Of a DNA stretch of 64,000 nt, positions 54,241-64,000 are shown one piece after another; position 1 is the stretch's first letter, and every line of letters begins with the position of its first letter. Origin of the DNA: Kiritimatiellia bacterium (GTDB taxonomy: Bacteria > Verrucomicrobiota > Kiritimatiellia > RFP12 > UBA1067); contig JBMNFY010000017.1 in assembly GCA_050949565.1 (NCBI GenBank), positions 1,536,001 to 1,600,000 on the forward strand, read 5' to 3'. Under the pieces are notes generated by a model. It made no database searches, was not told the DNA's origin, and worked only from the letters and a program-made list of their open reading frames with translations. The position numbers and the translations under genes are program-made.

Positions 54241-55638
54241 TTACACCTTCATGTTCAGCGTCCATGCACCGCGCATCGGTGCAGAGAGCAGTTTGTCAGC
54301 CTCGGCGTCGTTCACGAAACGCTCAGTCTTGGGATTCCACTTGACTTGCTTGCGTCCCAAACGCAGGCCGATATTGGCCAAGTGGGCGATAGAGATGGAA
54401 CGGTGCCCAATCTCACAGGTCGTGATAGTCGGCTCGCCGCTGTACACACAATCGATGAAGTTGCGCTCGTGCTGACCGCTCTTGTAGAGGTTAATCTCGT
54501 GCTCTTGGATCTTCTCGCGGATCAGCTCTTGCGGCTTCATTTCCAGCTTGCCGCGTGTTACGAAGATCTCCTTGCCGCCCTCGCCGATGAAACGCACGCC
54601 GTTGGGATTCTTGTTCGAGACAAAGACGCGTGTACCCTCAGCATAAACCACCTCGAAGCTGTAGTTCGCGGCAGTGTTGAAGACCGCATCGACCGGCGGT
54701 AGATCACTCTCGAGGTTCTCGATCGCCACTGGACCGCTATCGTCTTTACCGAGCGCCCACTGTACGATGTCGAGATGGTGCGCGCCCCAGTCGGTAATCA
54801 TGCCCCCGGAGTAGTCGAGGTTAGCGCGCCAAGATAGGGGATTGTGCAAGCCAGGAATAAACGGGCGCTTCTTGGCCGGACCGAGCCACATGTCGAAATC
54901 AACGTGCGGCGGCGGCTGGGGCAGCGGATCCAGACTCGCATCCGCGCCGGTCTTGCCGAAAAGGCTGTGACCGCCCGGTAGCCCCACAATGATCTTTTGC
55001 AACTTGCCGATGCGGCCGTTGCGGATAAACTCGCACGCCATGCGGAAGTAGTTGTCCGAGCGTTGCTGCGAGCCGGTTTGGAATGTGATACCTGCCTTCG
55101 CGACCTCATTGGCCATCGCACGCCCCTCGGCAATGCAGAGGGTCATCGGTTTCTGGCAGTAGATGTGCTTGCCTTTGCGCGCGGCCCAGATCGCCTGAAT
55201 CGCGTGCCAGTGGTCGGGCGTGCTGATTACCACGGCGTCCAGGCCGTCCATATTCAGCATCTCGCGGAAGTCACCATACACCGCGCAACCGTTGTAATCC
55301 GGACGGTTCAGCTTCTTGGCATAGAACTCATTGACGCGACGGCGGCCCGGCTCGCGACCGCCCTGCCGCTCAGCGCGGTAACCGTACAGGCCGGATTCCT
55401 TATTGCAGTCGGCGATCGCGACGACCTGCACCCGGTCGTTATTCAGGAAGTTGCCGATGTTGTCGTGCGCCATCGTGCCGTAACCGATAAAGCCAACGTT
55501 GAGGCGTTCGGACGGCAGCGGACGACGCGCGGTCACGCCTTTGGCGCTGACACATCCGGATGACAGAATGGTCGGAACGGCCAGCGCGGCGCCCGTTCCG
55601 GCTAGAAAGTGACGCCGTGAAACGTTGATCGTGCTCAT
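54241..55638 (-). CDS. Gfo/Idh/MocA oxidoreductase with Tat signal
   Basis: SRRHFL, TPDHWHA, YCQKP, QTGSQQRS, GGMITDWGAHHLD. Confidence 0.92.
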   Translation of the reverse strand: MSTINVSRRHFLAGTGAALAVPTILSSGCVSAKGVTARRPLPSERLNVGFIGYGTMAHDNIGNFLNNDRVQVVAIADCNKESGLYGYRAERQGGREPGRRRVNEFYAKKLNRPDYNGCAVYGDFREMLNMDGLDAVVISTPDHWHAIQAIWAARKGKHIYCQKPMTLCIAEGRAMANEVAKAGITFQTGSQQRSDNYFRMACEFIRNGRIGKLQKIIVGLPGGHSLFGKTGADASLDPLPQPPPHVDFDMWLGPAKKRPFIPGLHNPLSWRANLDYSGGMITDWGAHHLDIVQWALGKDDSGPVAIENLESDLPPVDAVFNTAANYSFEVVYAEGTRVFVSNKNPNGVRFIGEGGKEIFVTRGKLEMKPQELIREKIQEHEINLYKSGQHERNFIDCVYSGEPTITTCEIGHRSISIAHLANIGLRLGRKQVKWNPKTERFVNDAEADKLLSAPMRGAWTLNMKV

Positions 55639-55723
55639 GATTTCTCCCCTGATGAGTGAAAGTAAAAGATGAATTGAGTTCAGGGGTATCGTATCACGTC
55701 GGTCTGAATGAGACAAGCGAGAG

Positions 55724-55759
55724 AAAAAACAGCAGAGCCCGCGGCAATGCCGCAGGCTC
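55724..55759 (-). terminator. intrinsic terminator of the 55804-57366 gene
   Basis: Minus strand GAGCCTGCGGCATTGCCGCGGGCTC then TGCTGTTTTTT. Confidence 0.7.
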
Positions 55760-55803
55760 CGCATGTCGTCTTAAATCAGACAGTCGTTATCGGGGTATCG
55801 TGC

Positions 55804-57366
55804 TTACTCCACGCGCGCCCGGATAAATTTGCCGGCTACCTCATTCACTACGAACGTGACCACCTCACCAGGGGTGTCGATGGTGAACGAGAACTCCGTC
55901 GTCGCGCCCAGCGCGGTCAGGTCGTCACCGGTCCGTACCGTCAGTGTACCGTTGATGCTCTTGAAGTTCACCGTCGGGCTGGTCGCTTCGACTGTGATCG
56001 TCGCCTTCTCAGTGGTCGGATCATAGACGATTGAAGTGATTTCAATCCCCGTGTCGACACCTACACCAACGTTCATCAGGTAGTTGTCGAGGTAGTCTGC
56101 GGCATTCGCAACGACATCCGCCAAGGTCAGGCTGTTGGCGACGGCCCATGAAGCCAACTTGTCAGCCGGAACCGTCGCATACGTCCCGGTCAGACCGGTC
56201 TGGATGGTGCCGGTGTACAGGCCAGCTTCGATCGTGGCCGTACGGCCGGCGACATCCGCCGAAATCGTACCGGTCACGTTGGTAACCAACTCGCCTGGCG
56301 TATCGCCAATCCACTCGATGCCATCGCCGCCGATGCTGTTGATCTGGTACCAGTCTTCGGTATAGATCTTCAGTGTGGCACCGCTGGTGATGGTCGCGTT
56401 CGACGCGACACCTGCATCATTCACATCGAACACGTTCAGCAGATTGTCGTTGAAGACCAGCGTGAGGGTCAGACCCGCGCCGCCGCCGAAGGGCGTGTGA
56501 TAATCCGCGACGACCAGATCATCCACATAGCCAGTACCCTGGAAGGAGACCTGATTGAGGGCGGAATTGCCGCCGCCCGTACCACCAGCCGACAGCGCGA
56601 AGAAAAAGGAACCACCGGTGAGGGTATTCTCGTCTACCGCGCCGTTGGCATGGGTCAGCTTGGTTCCATCCAGATAGATCTCGAGGGCTGGCGTCAGAAA
56701 GGTGGCATCAACTGCCAGCTTGATCGTGAGGCGGTACCACTGCTCGGGATCAATGGTTATAGCGTCGAAAACACTGTTCGTAAGCGTAAAAGTAAACCCG
56801 TCGGTGAACTTGTGACAGACCACCAAGTTAGAGCTGGCATTCACGAAGATCGCAGCTTTGAGCACTCCATCATCGGTGACCTCAGGATCATCTTCGCTCG
56901 GCGTGAATTTGATCAACGTGTCAACGTAGACCGGCGCGCTTATGAACGAGATCGGAACCGGCTGAGTCAGCGGGATGCCCGTTCCCGAACCATCGTCGAT
57001 GTCCTGAAACGCAACATAGCGCGTCAGCGTCTGACCTTCGGTCTCAAGCTTGAGCGCCTGTTCCTGCGCGTTGGCCTCAGCGATCGGACGGGTGTTTTTC
57101 GTGTAGGACCCCTCGAACGCCTGAATGGTCGAAGCATCGCCAGCTCCGGCTTCCCACGCCAAGTTAGTAGCCGTTTGCTGAGAACTAATGTCCCAGACAT
57201 AGGCCTTGTACATCCCGGCTGCGTTGCCGATCACTGCATTCGTGAGACCGGCTCCTTCGGCCTCGAAATTATCCGAGACCCAAATTGTTTGTGCCGATGC
57301 CGTGAGCGCAAAAGCGCCCGCGCACACCGACAAAAACTGTAGCATACGCTTTGAAGTCAGGTTCAT
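55804..57366 (-). CDS. secreted acidic beta-rich surface protein of unknown function
   Basis: Signal peptide (..TASA-Q); AGGAGG RBS; lectin-like WYRLTI..GTGYVDDL segment; Thr/Ala/Asp-rich. Confidence 0.75.
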   Translation of the reverse strand: MNLTSKRMLQFLSVCAGAFALTASAQTIWVSDNFEAEGAGLTNAVIGNAAGMYKAYVWDISSQQTATNLAWEAGAGDASTIQAFEGSYTKNTRPIAEANAQEQALKLETEGQTLTRYVAFQDIDDGSGTGIPLTQPVPISFISAPVYVDTLIKFTPSEDDPEVTDDGVLKAAIFVNASSNLVVCHKFTDGFTFTLTNSVFDAITIDPEQWYRLTIKLAVDATFLTPALEIYLDGTKLTHANGAVDENTLTGGSFFFALSAGGTGGGNSALNQVSFQGTGYVDDLVVADYHTPFGGGAGLTLTLVFNDNLLNVFDVNDAGVASNATITSGATLKIYTEDWYQINSIGGDGIEWIGDTPGELVTNVTGTISADVAGRTATIEAGLYTGTIQTGLTGTYATVPADKLASWAVANSLTLADVVANAADYLDNYLMNVGVGVDTGIEITSIVYDPTTEKATITVEATSPTVNFKSINGTLTVRTGDDLTALGATTEFSFTIDTPGEVVTFVVNEVAGKFIRARVE

Positions 57367-57589
57367 TAAGAAACCCTCCTATTTGTGCGTTAATTGACTG
57401 TAACTTCCAAAATCTCGACAGACAGAGAGAAAGCACCCGCCTTCTGTGCCGTCAATCGAGACCATTCTTTCGTTGTATGACACAGATTAACCCAAACGGC
57501 GCAAACCTTGCAAGCCTAAAACAGGTTTTTGGGTGTTTTTTTTCGAGTTTTCTTCGCCCAGTTATTTTCTCACATAAACCTTACGAAAA

Positions 57590-57762
57590 TCTTACAGAAA
57601 GCGCGAAGAACACGAAGGTTTTCGGGGGCAGGGATCGGGTTTATCATCCACAGATTTACAAGATGGCACAGATTATTCAGATTTTTTTGGGCAGGAAGAT
57701 TTTTTTACCACGAAACACACGAAAAAATCGCGTGGCAGGCCAAATCCCAAATCCTAAATTTC
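57590..57762. repeat. mosaic of 9-bp and 7-bp periodic tracts downstream of tRNA-Gln
   Basis: CCACAGATTTACAAGATGGCACAGAT, CCACGAAACACACGAAA, AAATCCCAAATCCTAAAT. Confidence 0.65.
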
Positions 57763-57808
57763 GATGGGTGCTCTGAACCCGATCTCGATAGTTCCGTGAG
57801 ACCCAAAG

Positions 57809-57882
57809 TGGTTGCCTCATTAGGATTCGAACCTAAACAAGCAGATCCAGAGTCTGCTGTGCTACCGTTACACCATGAGGCA
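57809..57882 (-). tRNA. tRNA-Gln(CTG)
   Basis: Acceptor TGCCTCA/TGAGGCA, anticodon arm GCAGA-CTCTGGA-TCTGC, GGTTCGAATCC, encoded CCA. Confidence 0.97.
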
Positions 57883-57956
57883 AAAACAATGGTCCCGTGA
57901 AAAAGAGAAGGGGAAGATCATACCTGAGCCGAGCCGGTAAAATCAACCCTGTTTTT

Positions 57957-59051
57957 TCAACTAATGCGCAGTGGCATCAAGACGTACAGGAAAGGCACAT
58001 TGCATTTAAGTAGCGCCGGACTGTGACCATCGTTCATTTCAAGGTAGACCTCGTCGTCGTCAATGTTCTTCAATGGATCCATGACGTACTCGGGATTGAA
58101 AATGATCGAGATCTCTTTGCCAGCGTATTTGACGGGGAGTGTGTCGCGCCCTTCGCCAACATCCGGTGTGTTGATGCTAATGGTCAATTGATTGGCTGAA
58201 AAGGTCAGACGCGTGGCATTTGACTTGTCCGTTGTGACGACGGACACACGCCGCAACGCCGACAGCAGCGCTTCGCGCTCAATCACGACACGCTCATCGC
58301 ACGCTCCAGGAATGACTTGGCGATAGTTGGGATAAACGCCGTCAATCAGCTTACTGCTCATCATCGTCGTGCCAATCTCAAAAACTGCCTGATTCGTCTG
58401 GGCGTACACTTTGAGGTCGCCTTCGTTGCTGAGCAGGCGCATAAGTTCGGTCACAGCCTTGTTGGGCAGAATCAATTCGGCTTCTGCCTCCGGCGGAAAC
58501 TCGATCTCCTGCTCAACCAGGGCCAAACGACGCCCGTCTGTTGCAACCATCGTCAGCTTGTTATCTTTAAACGCCATCAGTACGCCGTTCAGCACGCGGC
58601 GAGTTTCGTCCTGCGAGATCGCATAACTGGTTTTGCGTAACATCTCGCGTAACACACCCTGATCAATGCGGTAGCAGAATTTCCCCTCGGTGACCGGCAC
58701 CGGCGGGAAATCACGGACAGACATGCCAATGATCTTAAAGTAGGATGATCCAGACTGCACGGTAGCCACGTCGTCCTCATCGACCTCAACCATGATCTTG
58801 CCTTCATCCAATTCGCGGATGATGCTGGCCAATCGACGGATAGGCAGTGTCGTGCTTCCGGGTTCTTCGATCTGACACTCGACATAGCAGCGCTCAGAAA
58901 TATCGAGATCTGTCGTGGTCATGCAGAGGCGATCGCCCTCCGCTTCGATCATCGCATTCTGCAAAATCTGCAACGTTCCTCTACCAGAAACAACGTTCTG
59001 GATTCTCTGCAAGCCATCAAGAAACTTGGACCGGACAATGGAAAACTTCAT
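57957..59051 (-). CDS. dnaN: DNA polymerase III beta sliding clamp
   Basis: ATDGRRL, LIDGVYPNY, YVLMPLR; directly downstream of dnaA. Confidence 0.97.
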   Translation of the reverse strand: MKFSIVRSKFLDGLQRIQNVVSGRGTLQILQNAMIEAEGDRLCMTTTDLDISERCYVECQIEEPGSTTLPIRRLASIIRELDEGKIMVEVDEDDVATVQSGSSYFKIIGMSVRDFPPVPVTEGKFCYRIDQGVLREMLRKTSYAISQDETRRVLNGVLMAFKDNKLTMVATDGRRLALVEQEIEFPPEAEAELILPNKAVTELMRLLSNEGDLKVYAQTNQAVFEIGTTMMSSKLIDGVYPNYRQVIPGACDERVVIEREALLSALRRVSVVTTDKSNATRLTFSANQLTISINTPDVGEGRDTLPVKYAGKEISIIFNPEYVMDPLKNIDDDEVYLEMNDGHSPALLKCNVPFLYVLMPLRIS

Positions 59052-59365
59052 TTCCTAAACTCCTCTAAAAACGTCCCCACTTTTTCCGCTTTTAGGGACG
59101 TGAAGCCTCTAGTGTAGCGGAATAGGGGTATTAAAGTAAAGAATGATTAGAAGTAACAGTAAGCAAGAAAGATTCTGTTAAAAAAGACATAACATCCTGA
59201 TTCTCAGAGGGTTGAGCCAATCTCTAGACCAACGGTAACCTGTTGACAAGAGGGTGGGATATGAACAGCGGGGAGGATATGAAAAAAGTGCATGGTGATA
59301 AGTCGGGAGAAATTGAAAAGTGGTGAACGTCATGCCATCAGGATATCGACAGGTTATCAAGAGGG
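59052..59365. other. probable oriC unwinding region
   Basis: AT-rich dnaA-dnaN gap; eight NAN trios at 59139-59162; degenerate DnaA boxes (TGTTAAAAA 59176, TGTTGACAA 59241); IHF-like site near 59190-59202. Confidence 0.7.
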
Positions 59366-60763
59366 TTAAATTTGCGAGGCGAGTGGATCGCGTCCCAGTT
59401 TTCGTGTGATCTCATGCACGGAGTTGCGCAACTCGTCTTCAACTTGAATGCGGTCTTGGATAGTCTTGCAGGCGTGTACGACGGTGGCATGCGTTTTATC
59501 AAACGCTTTAGCGATCTCAGGAAGGGATGAGCGCGTCAGTTTTCGACAAAGGAACATGGCCACTTGGCGCGGCGCAGCAATCGAGCGTGTTCGTCGCTTG
59601 CTGGTCATATCAGCTAAACGCAGGTCAAAGTAATCGGCTACCATGCGTTGAATATCCTCGAAGGAGAGTTCTTTTTGACGTTCGTCGTTAAGTTGGTCCT
59701 TGAGCAAATTGCGCAATACATCCAGCGTCATTGGCGTTTCCGGGTTCAGCGAGGCGAAGGAGACCGCGCGCGTCAACGCACCTTCGAGACTGCGTACGTT
59801 GGACTTGATGTTGTCAGCGATGAAAGTGAGCAGGTCATCGTGTAGCCCAACTTTAGTTAACGTTTGCTTATAGCGCAGGATAGCCAAGCGGGTCTCGAAA
59901 TCGGGTGACTCGATCTCTGTGACGAGTCCCCACTCAAAACGAGAAACTAGACGCGGTTCAAGTCCGGACAACTCACGTGGCGGCAGGTCACTGGTCATGA
60001 TGATCTGCTTGCGCGCGTCATACAAGACATTGAAAGTGTGGAAAAACTCCTCCTGCAACCGCTCCTTTCCGGCGAGGAACTGAATGTCGTCCACAAGCAA
60101 GACATCAGTCTTACGATACTTATTGCGGAAATCCGTCGTTGTTCGCTTGGCCAACGACTCGATGTACTCGTTGAGCAAAGTTTCGGTCGAAACATAACTC
60201 ACGTTCGTACCAGGCGACTGCAAGACGCGATGGCCGACGGCCTGCATCAGGTGGGTCTTCCCAATACCGGTCTGACCGTAGATAAAGAGTGGATTATAGG
60301 CACGTCCCGGCGATTGCGAAACCCCAAGTGCCGCCGCATGCGCGAAACTGTTGGAGGGACCGGTGACAAAATTTTCAAATGTGAAGGCGCTATTTAGCGG
60401 ACTACCGTTCCCGTTGGCTACCGGTTGTTTGGCCCGGCGTCTCTTCGAAGGTATCTGCTTCAGATCCGGTTTGGGCATTGTCGCTTCAAGTTCCGCTTTC
60501 AAGTTTGCCGGATCGCGTTCCTCAACCTCAAAGCGAACCGAAAAACCTTGTGGCGCACCAGCCGAAAGCAACGCTTCCTCAATGACCTGTTGATAATGGT
60601 TTTCCAGCCAGGTTTGACAGAAGTCGTTATCAACGTGCAGGATAAACTGGTTATCGCAGATGGAGGAGGGCTTAATAGTCTCAATCCACCGCAGATAAAC
60701 ATCGTCGTGCAGCGCACGCTTTAAGTGGGCACAAGCCTTTTTCCACAGTTCAAAAGCATTCAT
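59366..60763 (-). CDS. dnaA: chromosomal replication initiator DnaA
   Basis: YNPLFIYGQTGIGKTHL, DDIQFL, QEEFFHTFN, RLVSRFEWGL, HATVVHA. Confidence 0.98.
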   Translation of the reverse strand: MNAFELWKKACAHLKRALHDDVYLRWIETIKPSSICDNQFILHVDNDFCQTWLENHYQQVIEEALLSAGAPQGFSVRFEVEERDPANLKAELEATMPKPDLKQIPSKRRRAKQPVANGNGSPLNSAFTFENFVTGPSNSFAHAAALGVSQSPGRAYNPLFIYGQTGIGKTHLMQAVGHRVLQSPGTNVSYVSTETLLNEYIESLAKRTTTDFRNKYRKTDVLLVDDIQFLAGKERLQEEFFHTFNVLYDARKQIIMTSDLPPRELSGLEPRLVSRFEWGLVTEIESPDFETRLAILRYKQTLTKVGLHDDLLTFIADNIKSNVRSLEGALTRAVSFASLNPETPMTLDVLRNLLKDQLNDERQKELSFEDIQRMVADYFDLRLADMTSKRRTRSIAAPRQVAMFLCRKLTRSSLPEIAKAFDKTHATVVHACKTIQDRIQVEDELRNSVHEITRKLGRDPLASQI

Positions 60764-60779
60764 AGGACACACAAAAACA

Positions 60780-61310
60780 GGTCAAATTCAGAAAGTAAAA
60801 CGGAAAGGGAGAAACCGTAGTGACAATATTGTTGAACCATATTTGTTTTTCCCGTTCAAGGGGAAAGAATAATCAATCGATCAACAGGTTATCAACAGGC
60901 TGGATCGGGGCTCTAACCTAGCCAAATTGAAGCAGTTATGCCGATCACGGATCGCGAACCCAATTATAGGCGCAGTAAAAACGCGAGAGTTGTTAACAAG
61001 AAGGATGGAGAAAAAAATCGAGGAAAAACCTATAAAGTAAGACCTAAAATAGTCGTAACTCATTCATGATAAAGATGTTATGATAAAAAAATATTCACTC
61101 AATATGTCGAATAAATTTTTCGTCGTTCCGCATTTTTCACGCCGTGTGTTGAAAATAACGGAAAACCGTTACAAAAAAACAGAAAAAACACGTTTTTTGA
61201 AGTGAGAAACAATTGTGTGTTTTTAAACGATTGATAAATTTTATGAACAACCGACAATAAAAGTAATAGGGAGGCCGTTTTTACTTTTACTTTTGGTTTT
61301 ACATTGAGGA
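60780..61310. promoter_or_regulatory. AT-rich dnaA upstream region with DnaA-box-like sites
   Basis: TTATCAACA at 60889-60897 within TCAACAGGTTATCAACAGG; IHF-like motifs near 61056-61081. Confidence 0.6.
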
Positions 61311-61318
61311 AACAACCT

Positions 61319-61918
61319 ATGCAGAATCTTACTCTGGCACTCGTTTTTGCGCTCGTTAGCGTCTCTCTCTTTGCGCAACAACCCGATGCAGTAGCGGCGA
61401 ACCGCGAGCGTCCGCGTATGTCGCGCTCTCCAAACTATGGGAACTGGGTCGGGAAACAGGTTATGAATCCAGAATTCATGGAGAAGGTCGGCATCCATTC
61501 TGGACAAGCGCAAAAGCTTAAAGAGGAAATGGAAAAAATCGATACGCGGCTCAAGACGCTAGATGAGGAAATCTATGCTGCCGCACTCCAACAGGCAGAC
61601 ATCGCAAAAAAGGTTTTGTCGGCACCCGGTCAATCAACGGAAGAACTCATGAAATTGGTCGAGCGCATCGGCACGATGCGAACCGAACAGGCCAAACTTT
61701 CCACGCAGATTCTGGTCGTGATTCGCGATAATCTGACTGAGGCGCAACGTGCGAAGGCCCACGAACTGATCACTGCCGAAGGGCAACGTCGTCTCAAAGA
61801 GCGTATGGAGCGGCGCGAGCGCGGAGAGCGTCAGCGTCCCGGTCCAGACGGTCAGCGTCCACCGCCGCGTCGGCGGCCCGATCCCCCGCAGCGTCCCGCT
61901 GCGCCTCAAGGGTGGTAA
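61319..61918 (+). CDS. periplasmic Spy/CpxP/ZraP-like helical protein
   Basis: Signal peptide, coiled helices, LTEAQR motif, Pro/Arg-rich tail. Confidence 0.65.
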   Translation: MQNLTLALVFALVSVSLFAQQPDAVAANRERPRMSRSPNYGNWVGKQVMNPEFMEKVGIHSGQAQKLKEEMEKIDTRLKTLDEEIYAAALQQADIAKKVLSAPGQSTEELMKLVERIGTMRTEQAKLSTQILVVIRDNLTEAQRAKAHELITAEGQRRLKERMERRERGERQRPGPDGQRPPPRRRPDPPQRPAAPQGW

Positions 61919-62041
61919 ACAACGGGGCGTAGCCGTGCGATTTTTCAGTTGAATCGCATCTTCCCTTGTGTTGCGCTAAGAGCAGCCTCTGTGTTATCTT
62001 GTGGTTGGCTGTTATGGTTACGGAGATCACGGAGGTTCCTT

Positions 62042-64000
62042 ATGAAGCGGTGTCTTGTCGGGTGAGCTTTTCTTTTCTGCGGCCTCGCAGTGCAAGCGGC
62101 TGTCTATTACGTGGATTGCGATCGCCCTGATAACACGGGGGACGGATTGAGTTGGGCGACGGCCAAACGGACGATTCAAGCCGCCATTGATGTCGCCACC
62201 AACGGTGACACCATCCGCGTTGGTCCCGGCACGTATGGCGAAGGGACCACCCCCACGCCCGACAGCATTATCCGCAGCCGTGTGGTCTGCGAGAAAGCGA
62301 TAGTCATCGAATCAACCGGCGGTGCCGAGGCCACGATCATTCTGGGCGAACGCGATCCGCTCGACACCAGTTACCAAGGAACTGGCGCCAACGCTGTGCG
62401 CTGTGTTTACATGAGTGCGGGTACGCTTACCGGTTTCACACTTACTGGCGGTGCCACCCACAGCGATATTACCGAAAACTCCAACTGCAGAGGCGGCGGT
62501 CTCCTGGCCGCCAGTTTTACGCCGGTCGTCTACGACTGTATCGTCAGCAACAATGCCGCACGCCGCGGCGGCGGGGCATACAAAGGCACGTTCCACCGTA
62601 CGCGCTTCCTCGGTAACTTCGCTTCCCAAAATGGTGCCGGTGTACGCGAATCGCGCCTGCACGACTGTCTGCTAGCCTTTAACAACGGTGGCGCCGTGGC
62701 CTACTGTAACAGCCAGTCCCTTTTCCCCGTCAACTGCACCATCGCCCGCAACACTGGCGCGGCACTGGACTGCTCCGGCGGCTATAACTTGATCGTCACC
62801 GAGAACGGCAACGCATTTGCGGGAACGCGGTATTCGGTTGTTGACAGTTGCATCCAGTATGCGACAAATGTGGGGTCAAACAATCTGGTCACCACCCAAG
62901 CGCACTTCGTCGATTCAGCCAACGGCGACTTCCGTTTGCTCGCCAGTTCCCCCTGCCTCGACCGCGGCAATCCGGCCTGGACCGGTGCCGCGCCGTCAGC
63001 GGACCAGCGCACCGATCTGGCCGGTAATCCCCGCCTGCAGGGCGCGGCGCTGGATCTCGGTGCGCTGGAAGGTGCCGTGTCCGGCGTAGCGGTGGTCACC
63101 TGTACCGCGCCGACCGGCAACGGCACGCTGACGCCGCAGGGACACTTCTTCCTGCCCGTGCTGCCCACTCAGCTTCTCTTCACCGCTACGGCTGATGCCG
63201 GTTCCGTGCTGCGCCACTTTAGTGTTAACGGCTACAAACAGAAGGATTGCGGGACCACCTTCGCATTGCGCATCAAAGATCCGGGCGCGGTCTATATTGT
63301 GACGGCCGAATTCCGCCCGGCTCGTTACGTGGATCCTGCCGGCAGCGACGCGAATGATGGCACTTCGTCGGCTACGGCCTGGCGTACACTCCAACACGCC
63401 GCGACCACCGCACCGAGCGGCAGCATGGTTCTGGCCGCGCCCGGCACCTACAACGAGGGGCACGCATTTGGCGCTTTGCACAGCAATCGCGTCGTTGTTA
63501 CGCGCAATATTGTTCTCAAAGCTACGGCGGGTCCTGAACAGACCGTGATTGAGGGGGCCACCGATCCTGATAGTACGCTTTATGGTTGTGGTACAAATGC
63601 TATGCGTTGCCTCTACATCTCAGCCGGCGCGGTCGAGGGTTTCACCTTGACCGGCGGGGCTGGCAGTGTCTCGCCCGGAGACAAAGATGCTGACAATGTA
63701 CGCGGTGGTGCCGTATTCGCCACAGAGTCGGGGACTTTGTGGGATTGCGTGATTTCCAACAATGTGGCGAGTCGTGGTGCGGCTGGTTTCGGCGGTACTT
63801 TCAACCGGTGCCTGGTGACCGGCAACCGCGTGTACAACAACGGCACCTTCCGCGCGGCGGAGGTTTATGATTGCCTGATTGTCAACAATATCGGCAACTG
63901 GGCCGGTGTTTTCGGGGGGCGCTTCTACGGTTGCACGATCAGCGGGCAATCCGCAGGGGGCGGAATCGGTGAGAGCACAACAGCCTACAACACGATCCTC
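62042..64000 (+). pseudogene. large secreted right-handed beta-helix (pectin-lyase-like, choice-of-anchor-Q-like) protein; in-frame TGA at codon 8; runs off the window end
   Basis: GGAGG RBS; MKRCLVG*AFLFCGLAVQA-AVYYVD..GDGLSWATAKRTIQAAID; GDFRL..SPCLD and DLGALE repeats. Confidence 0.75.

Noticed and set aside
57490-57530. c-di-GMP riboswitch suggested by GCAAACC
   Set aside because: Wrong strand for the downstream gene, and the GNRA/receptor stems are missing.
57809-57882. tRNA-Gln as the attachment site of an integrated element
   Set aside because: I saw no duplicated tRNA 3' end and no integrase in the window.
62063-62065. Selenocysteine or TGA recoding
   Set aside because: The position is in a signal peptide, no convincing SECIS follows, and TGA terminates many genes here.

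Overview
GC-rich bacterial chromosome segment that includes the probable replication origin. The gene content and protein style suggest a PVC-superphylum organism such as Kiritimatiellae or Lentisphaerae (inference). Core region: dnaA-dnaN-tRNA-Gln(CTG), with DnaA-trio, DnaA-box and IHF-like motifs, and mnmG carrying a perfect parS site inside its coding sequence. Accessory loci: (1) a catabolic operon combining a creatinase-like M24 enzyme, a creatininase-family enzyme, a DeoM-like mutarotase, a secreted protein, RhaT and an M20 hydrolase; (2) a low-GC EcoRV-type restriction-modification pair beside a frameshifted SWIM gene; (3) a Gfo/Idh/MocA-DUF1080-GH2 cluster; (4) several large secreted proteins; (5) an AAA_14/DUF4143 ATPase preceded by four 23-bp repeats; (6) a ppx-ppk1-pfk operon; (7) an ECF sigma/anti-sigma pair with a coding heptamer microsatellite, followed by a 43-bp tandem array. 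Intergenic DNA is densely filled with nested small repeats: a MITE with terminal inverted repeats and target duplication, REP/REPIN-like elements, and 6-, 7- and 9-bp-periodic palindromic tracts. No transposase gene lies in the window. Four genes have frameshifts or a premature stop. All family calls come from motif recognition by eye; no database search was run.
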